This document shows, in pieces, positions 21,649 to 34,219 of a stretch of DNA of 37,309 nucleotides. Below the pieces are notes generated by a model. It made no database searches. It worked only from the letters and a program-made list of their open reading frames with translations, and was not told where the DNA came from. Within the stretch, counting starts at the first letter, position 1, and every line of letters starts with the position of its first letter. The position numbers and the translations under genes are program-made. Origin of the DNA: Trypethelium eluteriae (taxonomy: Eukaryota); contig JAVECL010000194.1 of assembly GCA_051942245.1 (NCBI GenBank), forward strand, positions 1 through 37,309. Direction: 5' to 3'.

Positions 21649-22317
21649 ATGGCGGTCCAAAGCAAAGCCTCCAACCTTGCTCTTCCCAAGGTCATCGACA
21701 GGCAGGCGACTCAGATGTCATCCTCATAGGCAACATCACTTTAGCTCGCACTACCGATCGAGCTACAGCAAGACATCTATTCATACGTCACTCCGCGTAC
21801 GAGATTTAGGATACACTTCTCGAATGGAACAAGCCAGACTTGGTGGGAGGCCGAGCGAAAGTGCACCTCCCTCTTTCGCGTCTGCCGAACAGTTTCACAG
21901 ATGGCACTTGAATATATGTACTTGCAGAATACCTTTGATATCGTCGCCTGCCACAGAGGACCATTTATTCGATGGGGCGGGAGGCACTGGATAAAGCGTG
22001 CATTCGACCTGGAAATGTTTCCAGGTTACAAAGGCATCCGCAACTATTCCATCACTATCGAAACTTACCCTCGCCGGCATGAATCACTTTGCTTGTGTTT
22101 TAAGAAAATCGCGAAGTGTCTGGCCCAAGCAAAGAAATTAAGTATCGTGACTGTTGGAATGGCACCGCCATGTTCATAAGCCAGAGTCAAGAAGCTCAAG
22201 GATGCTCTGGAGCCATTGAGAAAATTGAAGGGGGTGACCCAGGCACAGATCAATATTCGCTTAGGACATATCAAGCTCTTCCGAGATCTGGAACAAGACA
22301 TGATGAGGAAGGATTAA
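21649..22317 (+). pseudogene. F-box-like pseudogene, paralogue of 17355-18182, with three in-frame stops
   Basis: One frame reads MAVQ...SSS*ATSL*LALPIELQQDIYSYVTP...TSLFRVCRTVSQMALEYMYLQNTFDI...PPCS*ARVKKLKDALEPLRKLKGVTQAQINI...LEQDMMRKD*. Internal stops at 21727 (TAG), 21742 (TAG) and 22177 (TAA). Confidence 0.8.
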
Positions 22318-22835
22318 GACGCGTTGTGCGACCGAGATGAACAGATGAAATTGCAGTTCGCCAAGATTCGATGCAAACAAAGACCTGCAGAGAAGGGAAT
22401 TCGGTGGCTAAAGCGCAGAGCATCAGGGGAGGGATGAGAAGTAATAGCGAAACCACGAGGACACGGGACAGGGATATCTACTATTGACTTTCACACAGTG
22501 CTCTTTGTTGCTAAACTCTTACATGCAATTCCAAAATCACTACTAAGACGGCGCGCGAAGACATTGAGTCCATAATTCAAGGGTGAAAGAACCACTGTCC
22601 GTACAAGAACGACCATTTCACCAGAATTGCTGCTCAACAGAGTAGACCGAAGATACGAGCAAGAGAATCGGCATGGAATTGGGCATTGCCATCGCACCAT
22701 GCAGAATTGATAGTGCGCGCGTAAAACCAGTGGACTAAAACCAAGTATAGAGGCCAAGCTTTTTCTCCTCAGATCCAAAAGACTTCGTAATTTCTCAAGA
22801 TATATACAGACTTTACATCTACCCCCTCCTTGGTC

Positions 22836-24460
22836 TCACAACTTTGACTGTTTCCCACTCACTCTATCCAGTTGCAGCGGATCCTTCTTCTGGATCCCAT
22901 ATTTTCTCGCCACCTGCTCTGTAGCCTCTTTCTGCCATGCCAACTTCTTTCTCAGCGCAGTGCCCCTCCTGTTCTCATTCCGACCCATCTGCAGTAAATG
23001 TACCTCATCCGGACCATCTACAATCCTCATCGTTCTGCCCTGTGCATACATATTCGCCAACGGCGTATCTTGACTCACACCTGCGCCACCAAATGCCTGA
23101 ATCGCCTTATCGACTACATCCAACATGACCTTCGGCACAAACACCTTCGCCTCAGCAATCTCCTTCAGCGCCGCCTTCGCATCCTTGCTGTCGATCTTGA
23201 TGGCCGCGTTCAATACCATCAGCCGCGCGGCATCGATCTCAATCCGCGACCGCGCGACCCGCTCGAGCATGACGCCGTGCTCCGAGAGGTTCTTCCCGAA
23301 CGGCTTCTTCGCGGGGTCGTTCATGCGAGCAATCATCCACTCGAGCGCCTTTTCCGCCGAGCCGATGTTCCGCATCGCGTGATGGATTCGGCCCGGGCCC
23401 AGACGTCCCTGGATGATTTCGAAGCCGCGGCCGGGGCCGAGCACCATGTTGGAGGCCGGCACGCGGACGTTGTTGAAGGAGATGTGGCCGTGGCCGTGTG
23501 GAGCGTCGTCGTAGCCGAAGACGGAGAGCATGCGGTTGATGGTGATGCCGGGCGTGGAGGCGGGGACGAGGATGACGGATTGCTGGGCGTAGGGCTTAGG
23601 GTTCGAAGGGTCGGATTTGCCCATGACTATGTAGATTTGGCAGCGAGGATCACCTGCGCCAGAGGACCACCATTTCTGCGGCGGAGATGAGCATTCAGTG
23701 TTGTTGGGCGAAGGGCCGCAGAAGGGGAGAAAAAGCTGGGGAGCTTACTTGACCATTCAATATCCACTCATTGCCCTCTTGCTGCATTCGCAGCTCAATG
23801 TTGGTGGCATCACTGCTCGCAACTTGTGGCTCCGTCATCAGAAAGGCACTCCTGATCTTTCCTTCCAATAGTGGTGTTAACCACTCCCTCTTTTGCTGTT
23901 CCGTTCCATACTTGGCAATGACCTCCATGTTCCCCGTATCTGGTGCAGCACAGTTGGTCGCCTCAGACGCTACTCTTGACTTGCCAAGCATTTCAGCCAT
24001 CAACCCATACTCGAGATTTGAAAATCCGGCCCCCTCTTTGAAGTGGTTCTTTGGTAGGAACATGTTCCATAGCCCCAGCTCTTTCGCGCGCTTTTTTAAG
24101 TCTTCTATGACCGGAGGATGAGATGAAAAGCGACTTGCGACGCCCTCTCCAATCTGTTGCACGTATACAGGGTCTGCTGGGACGCATTCTTCTTCGACAA
24201 ATTTCTCGACCTGTCATCGCTTTGTTAGCCTACACACTCTGTGAACTAGTCTTATGGATTGAGGTTACTATTCTCTCGCATCTTCACAGTCCGGGGGTAA
24301 TGCATGAGAGTAGAAGTGGGCAACATACAGTGTCTAACGTCTTCTTTGCTCTGTCGCTTACAAATGGCCGTGCAATGATTGGTATCCTCTCCGAAGCCGG
24401 TGGTTGCGCGTTCGCATCTATCATGAGCTTCTCCGAGACATCGTTCTTGGCCTGAGACAT
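22836..24460 (-). CDS. Acyl-CoA dehydrogenase, ACAD10/11 (IBR3)-like stand-alone dehydrogenase, peroxisomal (PTS1 -SKL); 3 exons, ~477 aa
   Basis: Exons 24460-24329, 24210-23749 and 23675-22836. Motifs: [83 protein letters not shown]; ends QSKL*. Confidence 0.93.
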
Positions 24461-24984
24461 TTTGGCTGTCCCAATCGGAGCTCTTTCAGGCTATATCAAG
24501 CAGAAATAGAAATGGGATAGACGAAATGGTCTTCTGAAGGAGTAGCCGAGAATCGAAGAGGTCGCTAGAGCTCACATTATGATGACGGGATGGAGTTTGG
24601 TCGCCGCGGGGCAGAGCTGCCGAAATACCTCGGCCTGGAGGAGAGCCAAAGCCACCAGACGGACAGACAAAGCTCAGCGACAGCAATGTACATGGAGCCT
24701 TGCAAGGAAGCTGAGCATTTCGAGCAATTGCAGAAGAATGAGAGCTGTTGAATAAGGACAAGAATTTGCCTTTTTGTACTATTTGACCTATATACACCTA
24801 AATCATACCTCAGAAGACCTCCGTGGATCAATTGATCACTCCCAAACCCAGCGATGTCGAAGTAGAGAAAATACAAACGAAAAGGCGGCGTAGCCATACT
24901 TCTCAATGATCAACCCCTTATATCTACATCAGCCCTTTTGCCAATAGTAATTACGACTCTGTCCTCAACACAGTCCTCAACTCA

Positions 24985-27900
24985 TCAACTATCATCTACT
25001 AATCTCCTCGCCTCCCACGCCCGCTTCGCCTCCTTCTCTAGTACTTCCAAGTCCCCACTCATCTCGCACATTCCCCTAAAGATACCCGCCTTCTTGATTC
25101 CCAACTCTCTTGCCTCATCTCCACCTTGGCCCTCCTCCTCATCTGCTCTCAATAATTCCCACGGCCCTCCAAACTCCACCACCTCGCCCCTGTCCAATAC
25201 CAGCACCTTATCGTAATCGACAATCGTCTGGAGCCGATGGGCAATCGTGACAGTGGTATTGCGGATCTCACGGATAGTCTCCTGGATCTTGCCGTCGGTG
25301 GCGTAGTCGATGCTCGCTGTCGCCTCATCCATAAGGAGGACGCGAGGATTTTTAAGGAGGGCGCGGGCGAGGCAGAGGAGCTGGCGCTGGCCTTGGGAGA
25401 GGTTGGTACCGGACTCAGCGACGGGGGAGGAGAGGTTGAGGAAGATGTTTTTATTGTCAGCGTGGGAGGGCGAGACAGGGGAGGCCTGATGAATGGGAGT
25501 GGTTGGGGATGTTGAGGACGTGAGAGGGGTGGCTGGGCTGTTAGCGCCGGAGGTGCTGGGAGGGCCAACAAGCTGGACACGGCGGAGGGCGGTAAAGATT
25601 TCTTCATCGGTGAAGAGGTTGAAAGGGTCGAGGTTGGAGCGGATGGTGCCGGTGAAGAGGGTGGGATCTGGACGGACGGGGTTAGTAACGAAGCTCGATG
25701 ACGGGAAAGAACAGATAGATGCTCACCTTGCGGGACCATGACGATATTCTCTCGCAGATCCTGTAGTCCGATGGTCCCGATGTCGATGCCGTCGACGAAA
25801 ATCTTTCCCTCCTCGGCCTCCAACGCTCTGAATAGTGCCATTGCTAAGGAACTCTTGCCAGCACCAGTCCTTCCCACAACGCCCACCTTTTCACCGGGCT
25901 GAATCTTGAAGCTGATACCTTTGAGCACGAGATCGAAATCTTCCCTGTACCTTGTGCTATATTCCTTGAACTCTACTCCACCCTTTTCCGGCCAGCCTGT
26001 CGGAGGTCGACTCTCAGGCACAATAGCTTCGGCTTCCTGATCCACGTCAATGTACTCCTGTATCCGCTCTACAGAGTTCATGTTCTGTTCATTGCTGGCA
26101 TAGAGCCTAACGAACCAGAGCATATTCTCCGTAAAGGTCACGGCGTACGTGAGAGCTAGACCTGCAGCACCAGCATCCACACGTCCCACACTAAGAATGA
26201 CAAACATAGCGGTGCAGAAGGAAATGAGGGAGCCGATGACGTCGGCACGAAAAGCGAGCCAACGATTGGTGGCCCAGACATATATGAATGGGCGGTTATG
26301 CGCGTTGACTCGGCTAAGATTGTCGCGAACAAAGCGCCTCTCGTCTCCGTATGCACGAATAGTGACCATACCAGATAATGTTTCGCCAAATTGCTGATAC
26401 AGCGGGCTGCGTTGGATCGATTCGATACGTTTGAGATCGCGCGAAGAGTTAATGTAGAGATAGCCCGCACCGATGTAGAGTAGTGCGATCAGGACGGCGG
26501 CGATGAGGAATGGGGGAGTGATGACTGAAATGAGGATGACGATCGTCAGTATGGAGAATAGACAGTGCACAACGCCAACAGCCACGGGTGCGATTTCTTG
26601 ATCAACGTTTTCGATGTCGCGAGAGAAGCGGTTGATGATCTGGCCTAGGGGTGTTGTATCGAAGAAGCGGAACTTGGCATGCATGATGGATTGCATTAGC
26701 CGCGAATGTATTCTTCGCGAAGCAGCGAGAGAGCCACCGAATAGGACTCCTTCTCTGATAAGTGTGATTACCATGTAAACTACACCTAATATGGCGTAGA
26801 CTCCAAGATAGTAGCCAGCATTTACTGTTGTAGGTGGAGCGTCCATCGCGGAATCCACACCCTGAACTGTCAAGGCGGGCTGAGATGGCTCTGTCAGAGA
26901 AAGGGGCAAGCTCCAGATGCAAGAACCACTCGTTAAACAAGACGACGCACTGCTAATATGCCCTTGAACATGAGAGAGTGGAGAATTATGATGAGCCCCA
27001 CCCTGTATCCGGACATCACTACGATCATAAGCATTCGCCCACTGTCGTATCCAGACATTTGTCGATACGTTGGAAATCTGCTGCAGACCAAAGACGAGGC
27101 CAGCAAATACCCAGTAGTACCATGGACCCATTGCTGAAAGATACATAAAGATGATCCGGAATTTGACTCGTCCCACGGCTTTACCTTCTTTTTGCGCTTC
27201 TCTTATGTCGTCCTCGTCGTCAGAGTCCTGTGGCTTACTCGCACCATTGGCCTGAGTACCGCTATTACCGTTCATACGGTTCGCGTGACCATCCTCTTCG
27301 TTAGCAGTCTCTTGCTCTGCTGGCGTCGAGGCTCTCGAAGCCTTGGTAGATGCTGCACGAGACACCGGCCGAGATCTAGTAAGGTCTTCTCCAAGCATGC
27401 CGGAATTAATGACTTCAGTAGGAGACCCTTGGGCCGTAATTCTGCCATTATCAAGCACCACAGCCGTGTGAGTCTGAGGTAGACATAAGACGGCATTATG
27501 GGTGACGAGAATGCACGTCCTGTTCCACATCAATGGACCTAGAAGTGCTTTGTCGAAAATCCATTTTGCCGTATGGGAATCGACAGCGCTCAAGACGTCG
27601 TCGAGCAACACGTGTCGCGCATTGCAATACAAGGCTCGTGCCAGAGAAATGCGCTGCTTTTGACCGCCAGAGAGGGTCACGCCCTTTTCACCCACCAGTG
27701 TATTGTCACCATGGTCAAGGATTTCAAGGTCTCTTCGCAAGGAACATGCAGAGATCACGTTTCTGTACCTGCTCGCATCCCATGGACTCGCAAACGTGAT
27801 ATTTTCCTTAATTGTACCGTTCACAAGCCAAGCTTGCTGAGCACAGTACGCGACACTTTCCGTCAGTCCAGTATCTGGATCTGGCTTCCGGTCTTCTCGA

Positions 27901-30201
27901 CTACGACCACCCGGTAGATAGACATTGCCGTTGAGAAGCGTCATTTCGCCCAAAAGAGCCATGAGTAAAGATGTTTTGCCGCTGCCCGTAGGTCCGATGA
28001 TCGTGTTGAGCTGACCGACCTTAAATTTGACGTCAAGATCCATCAGGCGGAAATCATCCGTATCTCTTCCCCCCCAAGAGAACGAAGCGCGGTCGAATCC
28101 GATGACAGGATTCTCGTTCTCATCGACCTCCTCATTTTTCAACTGCCTATACTTTTCACTTTCCGGCTCGTTCAGGTATTCTTCTATACGGTCGACGGAG
28201 ACCTTGGATTCCTGGACGTGCGCAACCATGTCGGCGACCTGGTCCAGAGGAACGCGGAGAATTGTAAACAAGGAAAGTGCGGTAAACGCAATGGACGGAG
28301 GGAGCGGCTTTGCTTCCACCATGGTATAGACAAGGAATGACAGGAAAGTAATAAGCACAGGGGCTCCTGACCAGATAGTCGCTGCAATCGCCCAAATAAT
28401 ATACCTATCTCGTAGTCGGCGCATCTCTTTTGCTCGAACTTCCTCGACCTGGCCAATGAAACGCTGCTCCCAAGCAAAGAACTTGATAATTCGAATATTT
28501 GTCAGAACTTCGTTGGTCGTATGTATCCGAACATCGGTCGCAGCGAGGATCTGCTTCTGAATGGCTGAAAACCTGTTCGCAATGAAGATATTGATGGGTA
28601 GCAGAAAAATCATCATGCCGATCCCGACGATGGAGCTGGAACCCATGATACTATAGAGCAAAAGCACTGCGACCACGACTTGCACCGGTGTTTCGGCCCA
28701 CAGAAAATGAAGATATGCGCTGATTTCACTGAGTTTGAACGAGTCGACCGCCATGAGATTGATAATCGTCCCGGAAGTTACTTGCTCGGAAGCATCAGCG
28801 AGCTTGGTGTCTGGCTTGGCAACCTCAATAACTTTCTTTTTACGACCGAAACACATGAGCTTTTTCAACAGCCCCACCTTCTCGTCTTTCGCTTTTTGGG
28901 ATTGGCCAAGGACTTTGTCTGCGCCAGCAGCCGCTCTCCGTCTAAGGGCTTTCGCATAGATTTCCCCAATGATGATGGCCCGGAGCCTGATACAGATTTT
29001 GCGACCGATCCAGAGGGACTGACCTCCCGAGACTGCAGAAATACAGCCAGAAACAAATAGTAAGATAACATAGAACCAGGCGGCATTTTGAGGAACACTT
29101 GCGGGATTCTCAACATACTCCAGGATAGCCTTGAGTAGCAAAGTCGGCGCGAACAGATTAAGCCCCCGAAGGGCGGACCAAAGAGCCTGAATGATGAAGG
29201 CACGTTTGAAGTAACTTGTAAGGTGGAAAGCAAGCACATTCGTTTTCTTAACTTGTCGATAATCCGCTAGAACAGCTGCAGCTTTGTCCTTTGCCATCAA
29301 ATTCCACACATCTGCCAGCTCGAATGATTTCTTGTAACCATCCCAGATCAGAGAATCCACCCAGGCAAAGGTCGCTAGCGAAAAAACGCTGGCAAGCGGT
29401 TCCTTGGACGGAGGGATGTCGCCCTCATACTCCAATTCAATGGCTTTGTTGCCTTTGCGAGACAGAAGCGCGATCAGAAGAAGCAAGGTAGAGAGTACAA
29501 AGTTGGCGATCATCAATGACCGGGATTGGTGCGAACGTGGATGGATCAACGCCGATCGGAATAGAAGGACGGTAAAGACCCACTGAAAGCTGTACAGAAC
29601 GAGAGTGTGGTACCAGAGTCTTGGAAAGGAGAAGCTCAATGAATTAGTAGACAGCAGCCGAAGAGAGGCTAGAGTAGCGATGTATGCCCATGCCACCATC
29701 TCCGCGATACCAGCGATCGTTCCATGCGGACCCCACGCTTTTGTCGCAAGCGCGGCGATCTGGATGGCCAATTCCCCGAGCACTACCAGCTCCTCGAATG
29801 TCACTAGCCAACGCTCTCCTCGAGGCTTGTCTACGTTGATGACTGAGGGCTGGGTCTGGCTGATGGTAGGCTGGAGGGTCAGATAATCATCCTCGTCTTC
29901 GTCTTCATCTGTATCCACTTCCTCCCGATTGGGCACATGGATTGACCAGACATGGTGCACGTTGTCAAGGGCTTTGTACGCATGATAATATCTGGACCGT
30001 TTTGCAGCTTGGAAGAGTTGGAAGCAGAGGTATATTAACGAACCGCCAACTGCGATGAGAGGGAATAGGGTTTGTAGGTAGCTGTTTCATCTCAGCAAAA
30101 TGGCGCTCTGGACTGTCTGGTAGTCAGATGACTCACTCTCGTTGGAAGCATTTTGAGAAATCATCGACATTCCATACGGGGCCCTTGCAATGCGCAAACA
30201 T
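24985..30201 (-). CDS. ABCC/MRP-family ABC transporter, Ybt1-like (vacuolar bile-acid transporter group); 3 exons, ~1700 aa
   Basis: Exons 30201-30137, 30081-25727 and 25667-24985. Layout: N-terminal TMD0, TMD1, NBD1 (GPTGSGKTS, LSGGQKQR, LLDD), TMD2, NBD2 (GRTGAGKSS, LSQGQRQL, LMDEATAS, IAHRL). The ABCC call is firm; Ybt1 orthology is probable. Confidence 0.93.
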
Positions 30202-31389
30202 GGCCCGTTGGATCGGTACTTCCAAAGACGGCGGGGGCGATGGGCTCGGGACTATCGATCGCACAGTGAGCAGAAGTGAGCAGGCATTGGAGTGATTCCA
30301 ATGGTGTTGTTTGATGGAGGTTGAGTTGACGTTGGAGCTATAAGTCACCGTGGCGACTGGGCCAGAGGTGCTAGAAGTGCAGAGGTGATAGGCGCGAAAT
30401 TGGTGGTGGATCTGAAGACCGGGGGCAAGCAGAACCAAAATGCCGATTTCGGGTTCTCGATGACGTTCAAAGCTCGCTTGACCTGGGGAAATTTGGTTTC
30501 GATCGGCTTAGCTCCCTGTCAATTTTTTTTATATATTCCTCCGTAAATTCATCCCTCAGGATGTTCAAATATCAATTCCGACGACAGGTATTCCAATCTG
30601 AGTCATGCTTGGCTCAAAGCCAAGCTTCTGACTGGGTTCTTCACCAGCAAACTGCGGGGAGAGTGCTTGCTCAGTTATCTGGCAGATGCAAACCCCATCA
30701 CTTACCTTGCTCTCTCCTCCTGCGGCCAGAAGCCAATCCTTGCTTTGTTACTCCACAACCGTTGACACTCGACTCTCGTATGAATTCACTGAAGATATCG
30801 CTGAGCAAGACTCGCGCGAGGCCGAATGAAGCGCCCTATAAACGTACGATCTGAGGGACAAAATAACTATACAAAATGACATGTCTGATGCAAAACGATC
30901 CAATCAGCGCTCACTCGCATGGGGAAGTCCAGTGGCGGTCAGCCTTTTGAAGTTACAGTAAGTAAGACGGCCTTGGACTTTGCAGTCAAAGAGGGCATGG
31001 GGAGAATCCGAAGAAAGTCCCCGCAATCCAAGCCAACTTGTGGATCCATTCATCTTGACTTGGCTCGCCCACCAGTAATGGAACATTCGAACAAGCTTTC
31101 GCTGGTTATGTATGAGGTACGATCTCTCTCCACGACCTCAACAAGAAGTCAGGATTTCAGTCTCGCGTCTGACGAGGGAGGCTAGATTCGGGCAAGAACT
31201 CGAGTGAGGACTTCGGCATTGTCATTGATTCTCTATGTGGGGGCTTCACGGTTGTATCTAGTCTTATTCGCAGGCATCAACCTACAGATGCATTGCCACC
31301 AAAGAAAATTGAGAAAAAGGATTGAGTCAACGCAATTTCTACATATGCACACCGAGCACATACTTACACGTCGACCGTCTTGCTCACCG

Positions 31390-33873
31390 CTATTCTGCCT
31401 CCAATATCCTCTCCGCCTCCTCCGTCCTTGTCCCTCCTCTCCCTTCCCACGCTCCTACCGCCTCCTCAAATATCTCCTTACATGGTACTCGACTTCCCAA
31501 ACGCGCTAACAACAAAAATGCTCCACTCAGTTTCCGATGCAGACTATACGTCTCCTCCGGCGGGGGCGCCAACCGGTCCCGCAGCATCGTCGGAATGAAC
31601 CCCCTCACCCTCTCCGTCACCGTCTGATCCCGGAAATCGTAGACCTCCGGTGCACCCTTGGCAAACGGCTCCGCGAGTGTGAGCACGCTGTTCACGTGCG
31701 CGTCCGCCATCGCCTTGCTCTCCTGCCCCGTCAGATACCCGAGCTCGATCGAGAGCTCGCGGATCTGGTCACGGTCGCTGCGGGATGCCGCGCGCAGCGT
31801 GCGGATATACGGCGCGATGAACTGCTGCGGGTACTCGCGGGCGGCGCCGAAGTCGAGGAGCTCGAGCTTACCGGTGGAGGGGTTGAAGAGGAAGTTGGTC
31901 CAGTTGGGGTCGGTCTGCATGAAGGCGAAGTCGCAGAGTTCGCGGAGGCAGAGGCGGAGGAGCTGCGTGCCAATGCGGTCGCGCTGGGACTGGGCTAGGG
32001 TGGGCGCGAGCTTCGTGACGGCCGTGCCGGACATGAAGTCCGCGGTTAGGACTTGGGCTCCAGAGGCTTCCATGTGGATTTTGGGGACGGTGAAGATTTC
32101 TTGATCGGTTGGTGAAGAAAGGAGCTCTACGAACTTGGAGGCGCACCGTGCTTCGCGGATATAGTCGCATTCCCAGGCGAGCTCGATGCGGGCATTCGCA
32201 ATTGTCTTGTCTAGAAAGAGACCTTTTGGTAGAAGACGGGAGGCTGTCAAGAGCAACGAGAGATTAGAGAGGTCGGAGGAGATGGAAGAAGCAACGCCAG
32301 GATATTGGATCTTGACTGCCACAGGGCTATTGCTGGATTTCAAGGTTGCTTTGTGAACCTGACCTATTGATGCAGCAGCTATAGGCTGCTCATCGAACGA
32401 GTTGAAAAGGTCCCTCCATTCCGGTCCGAGGTTTGCTGAGAGGACTTGGTTGCGCTGAGAAGCAGGCATATAGTCGGCATTGTCCTGGACGCGCTGAAGG
32501 ATTTGGTTGATAGGCTCGGGAAGCATCTTCGAATCTGAGGAGCGTCAACAGGTCACCCTTGAGAGCGTAGAAATCGACTCAGACCTTGAAAGCTCATCAT
32601 TTGTCCCAACTTTAACGCAGCTCCTCGCATACGTGACAGCTTCGCAACAAGTCTTTCCATATTAGCCTCGCTCAACATGAGGGAGCCCCCAGATACACCA
32701 CTTCCAGTCGCTCGTCGCCAGCTCTCCCCGACAGCCCCGAAAGCCATGCTGGTAGCGAGACCGCCGTATTGCCATATTCTTCCAAACCTGGTAGAGGGTA
32801 CTCGAGATTCATGCATCTTGTAAGAAGATTGTTCTGATCCGCTCAACGCCTCGGTGGCAGCCTACCACCCGTCTGTCAGTAATCAGCAAGAAGAAGTCTG
32901 CGCTGGTAAACATTCGCCGTACCTCTGTTGTAGCACCAGAGCTATCTGTGTCTTTTGCCATCAAAGAAGCCAAATCCTTCGCTTCCTCGTCAGGATGTTC
33001 AATGGTCAACTCGGGAACCTCGCTATCTGCAACAGCTCGACGCTGATCGAGCTTACCCGCAGCCGAAGTACGAACGTTGAATGTATCCTGGTCCTTGCCT
33101 TCGGCCAACTTCGAATGCTCAAGGGGTGTTCTGCTTGCTGCATTCATCGGCATTCCAACTTGTCTCTCTCCGCTCTTTTGCCCACCAAGCATTTTCGAGA
33201 TCTTGGGGCTATGGAAAACGTCCGTATTGATGCCTTCAGGGACTTTTTCTTGCACAGGCTCTGCTTCTTGCTGGGGCAGTTGTTGCTCTGTCTGGTGTCC
33301 TCGAGATGAATAATATACATCTTGATTGATTTGCCCATCTTGGACATTTGCATCTGAGCCTTGTGTGTCTTCTGTATGCTTTGGTAATTTCATGCGTGGT
33401 AGGGACGAGAGCTCGGGCGTAGCAGTCCTCGGCCTTTCGTGAAAGACATCTTGATCGTTGGTTGGTGGTGATTCAGGCTGTGATCCGGTGGCTAGCGATG
33501 GTATTTGCGATTCTGCTTGACGTTGCAGCGTCCGAGCATCTGCAGGGACTGATTTGGATATCGCTCCTGTCTGATCTTCTTCTCCCGCAACGCTGTCACG
33601 TCCAGGTCCCGACTTGTCGTGTCCCTTCGACTGGGCTTCTGAAGAAAAGACTGAACTGTAATTTGCTCCTGTCTCATCGAGACGCTGTGCGAGATTGTAC
33701 GCTGCTTCTGCTGTCACTGTAACTCGATCTGTCTGGCTCTTGACAGCCTTGGCAAGGGTGGATGTCTTGCTGTAGATATCGAGCTTTTGCGATCGGAGAG
33801 CGATGTGCTGCTTTGCAATACTCCTAGCAGCATTGAACAATTTAGCGGCATCTACCAACCGCTTGCCTGCCAT
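31390..33873 (-). CDS. COQ8: Coq8/ABC1 (UbiB-family atypical kinase), mitochondrial coenzyme Q biosynthesis; 3 exons, ~790 aa
   Basis: Exons 33873-32923, 32861-32585 and 32534-31390. Motifs: [10 protein letters not shown] (KxGQ), A-rich loop [49 protein letters not shown]. The N-terminus is basic and presequence-like. Confidence 0.95.
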
Positions 33874-34219
33874 GAGGCTGAGTCCGGGTAGTCATTGCAT
33901 CGTGGGCGGTGGGATAGGGATTGTTTTGCACTTAGCACCAAAAAAGTTCGATTTGAAGTCTAGATGCAAGATGACGTAGCTTCGTACAAGAATAGCGGGA
34001 TGGAAATTGCTCGCTACGAACTCGAGAAAACGTCCCCACGCCTCAATCTCTCAAGATGAGCGCTGGTCAAAATATTCATCATTCTTCACGCGAGCCATGA
34101 GATGCACACTGATGGTAGGCACATCGATTACCATTGATGGAGCTATTTGATCAACCTCATCCCATGACTCCCGAATAAACACGCGAATTGTCTTGTTCTA
34201 TCTTGCGATTTGTCCTTCC

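Noticed and set aside
22998..23690. 230-aa plus-strand ORF, plus similar antisense ORFs over COQ8 (31537-32104), LTV1 and the membrane gene
   Set aside because: These are shadows on the opposite strand of well-supported genes, explained by biased codon usage.
25149..25726. Pro/Ser-rich C-terminal tail of the 1603-aa ABC ORF, which could suggest a frameshifted or truncated NBD2
   Set aside because: It is an artefact of reading through the intron 25726-25668. Splicing restores VPQDPTLFTGTIRSNLDPF...LSQGQRQL...DEATAS in frame.
32923..33873. Long low-complexity N-terminal extension of COQ8
   Set aside because: Such extensions are usual in filamentous ascomycete Coq8 proteins, and I recognised no separate domain.
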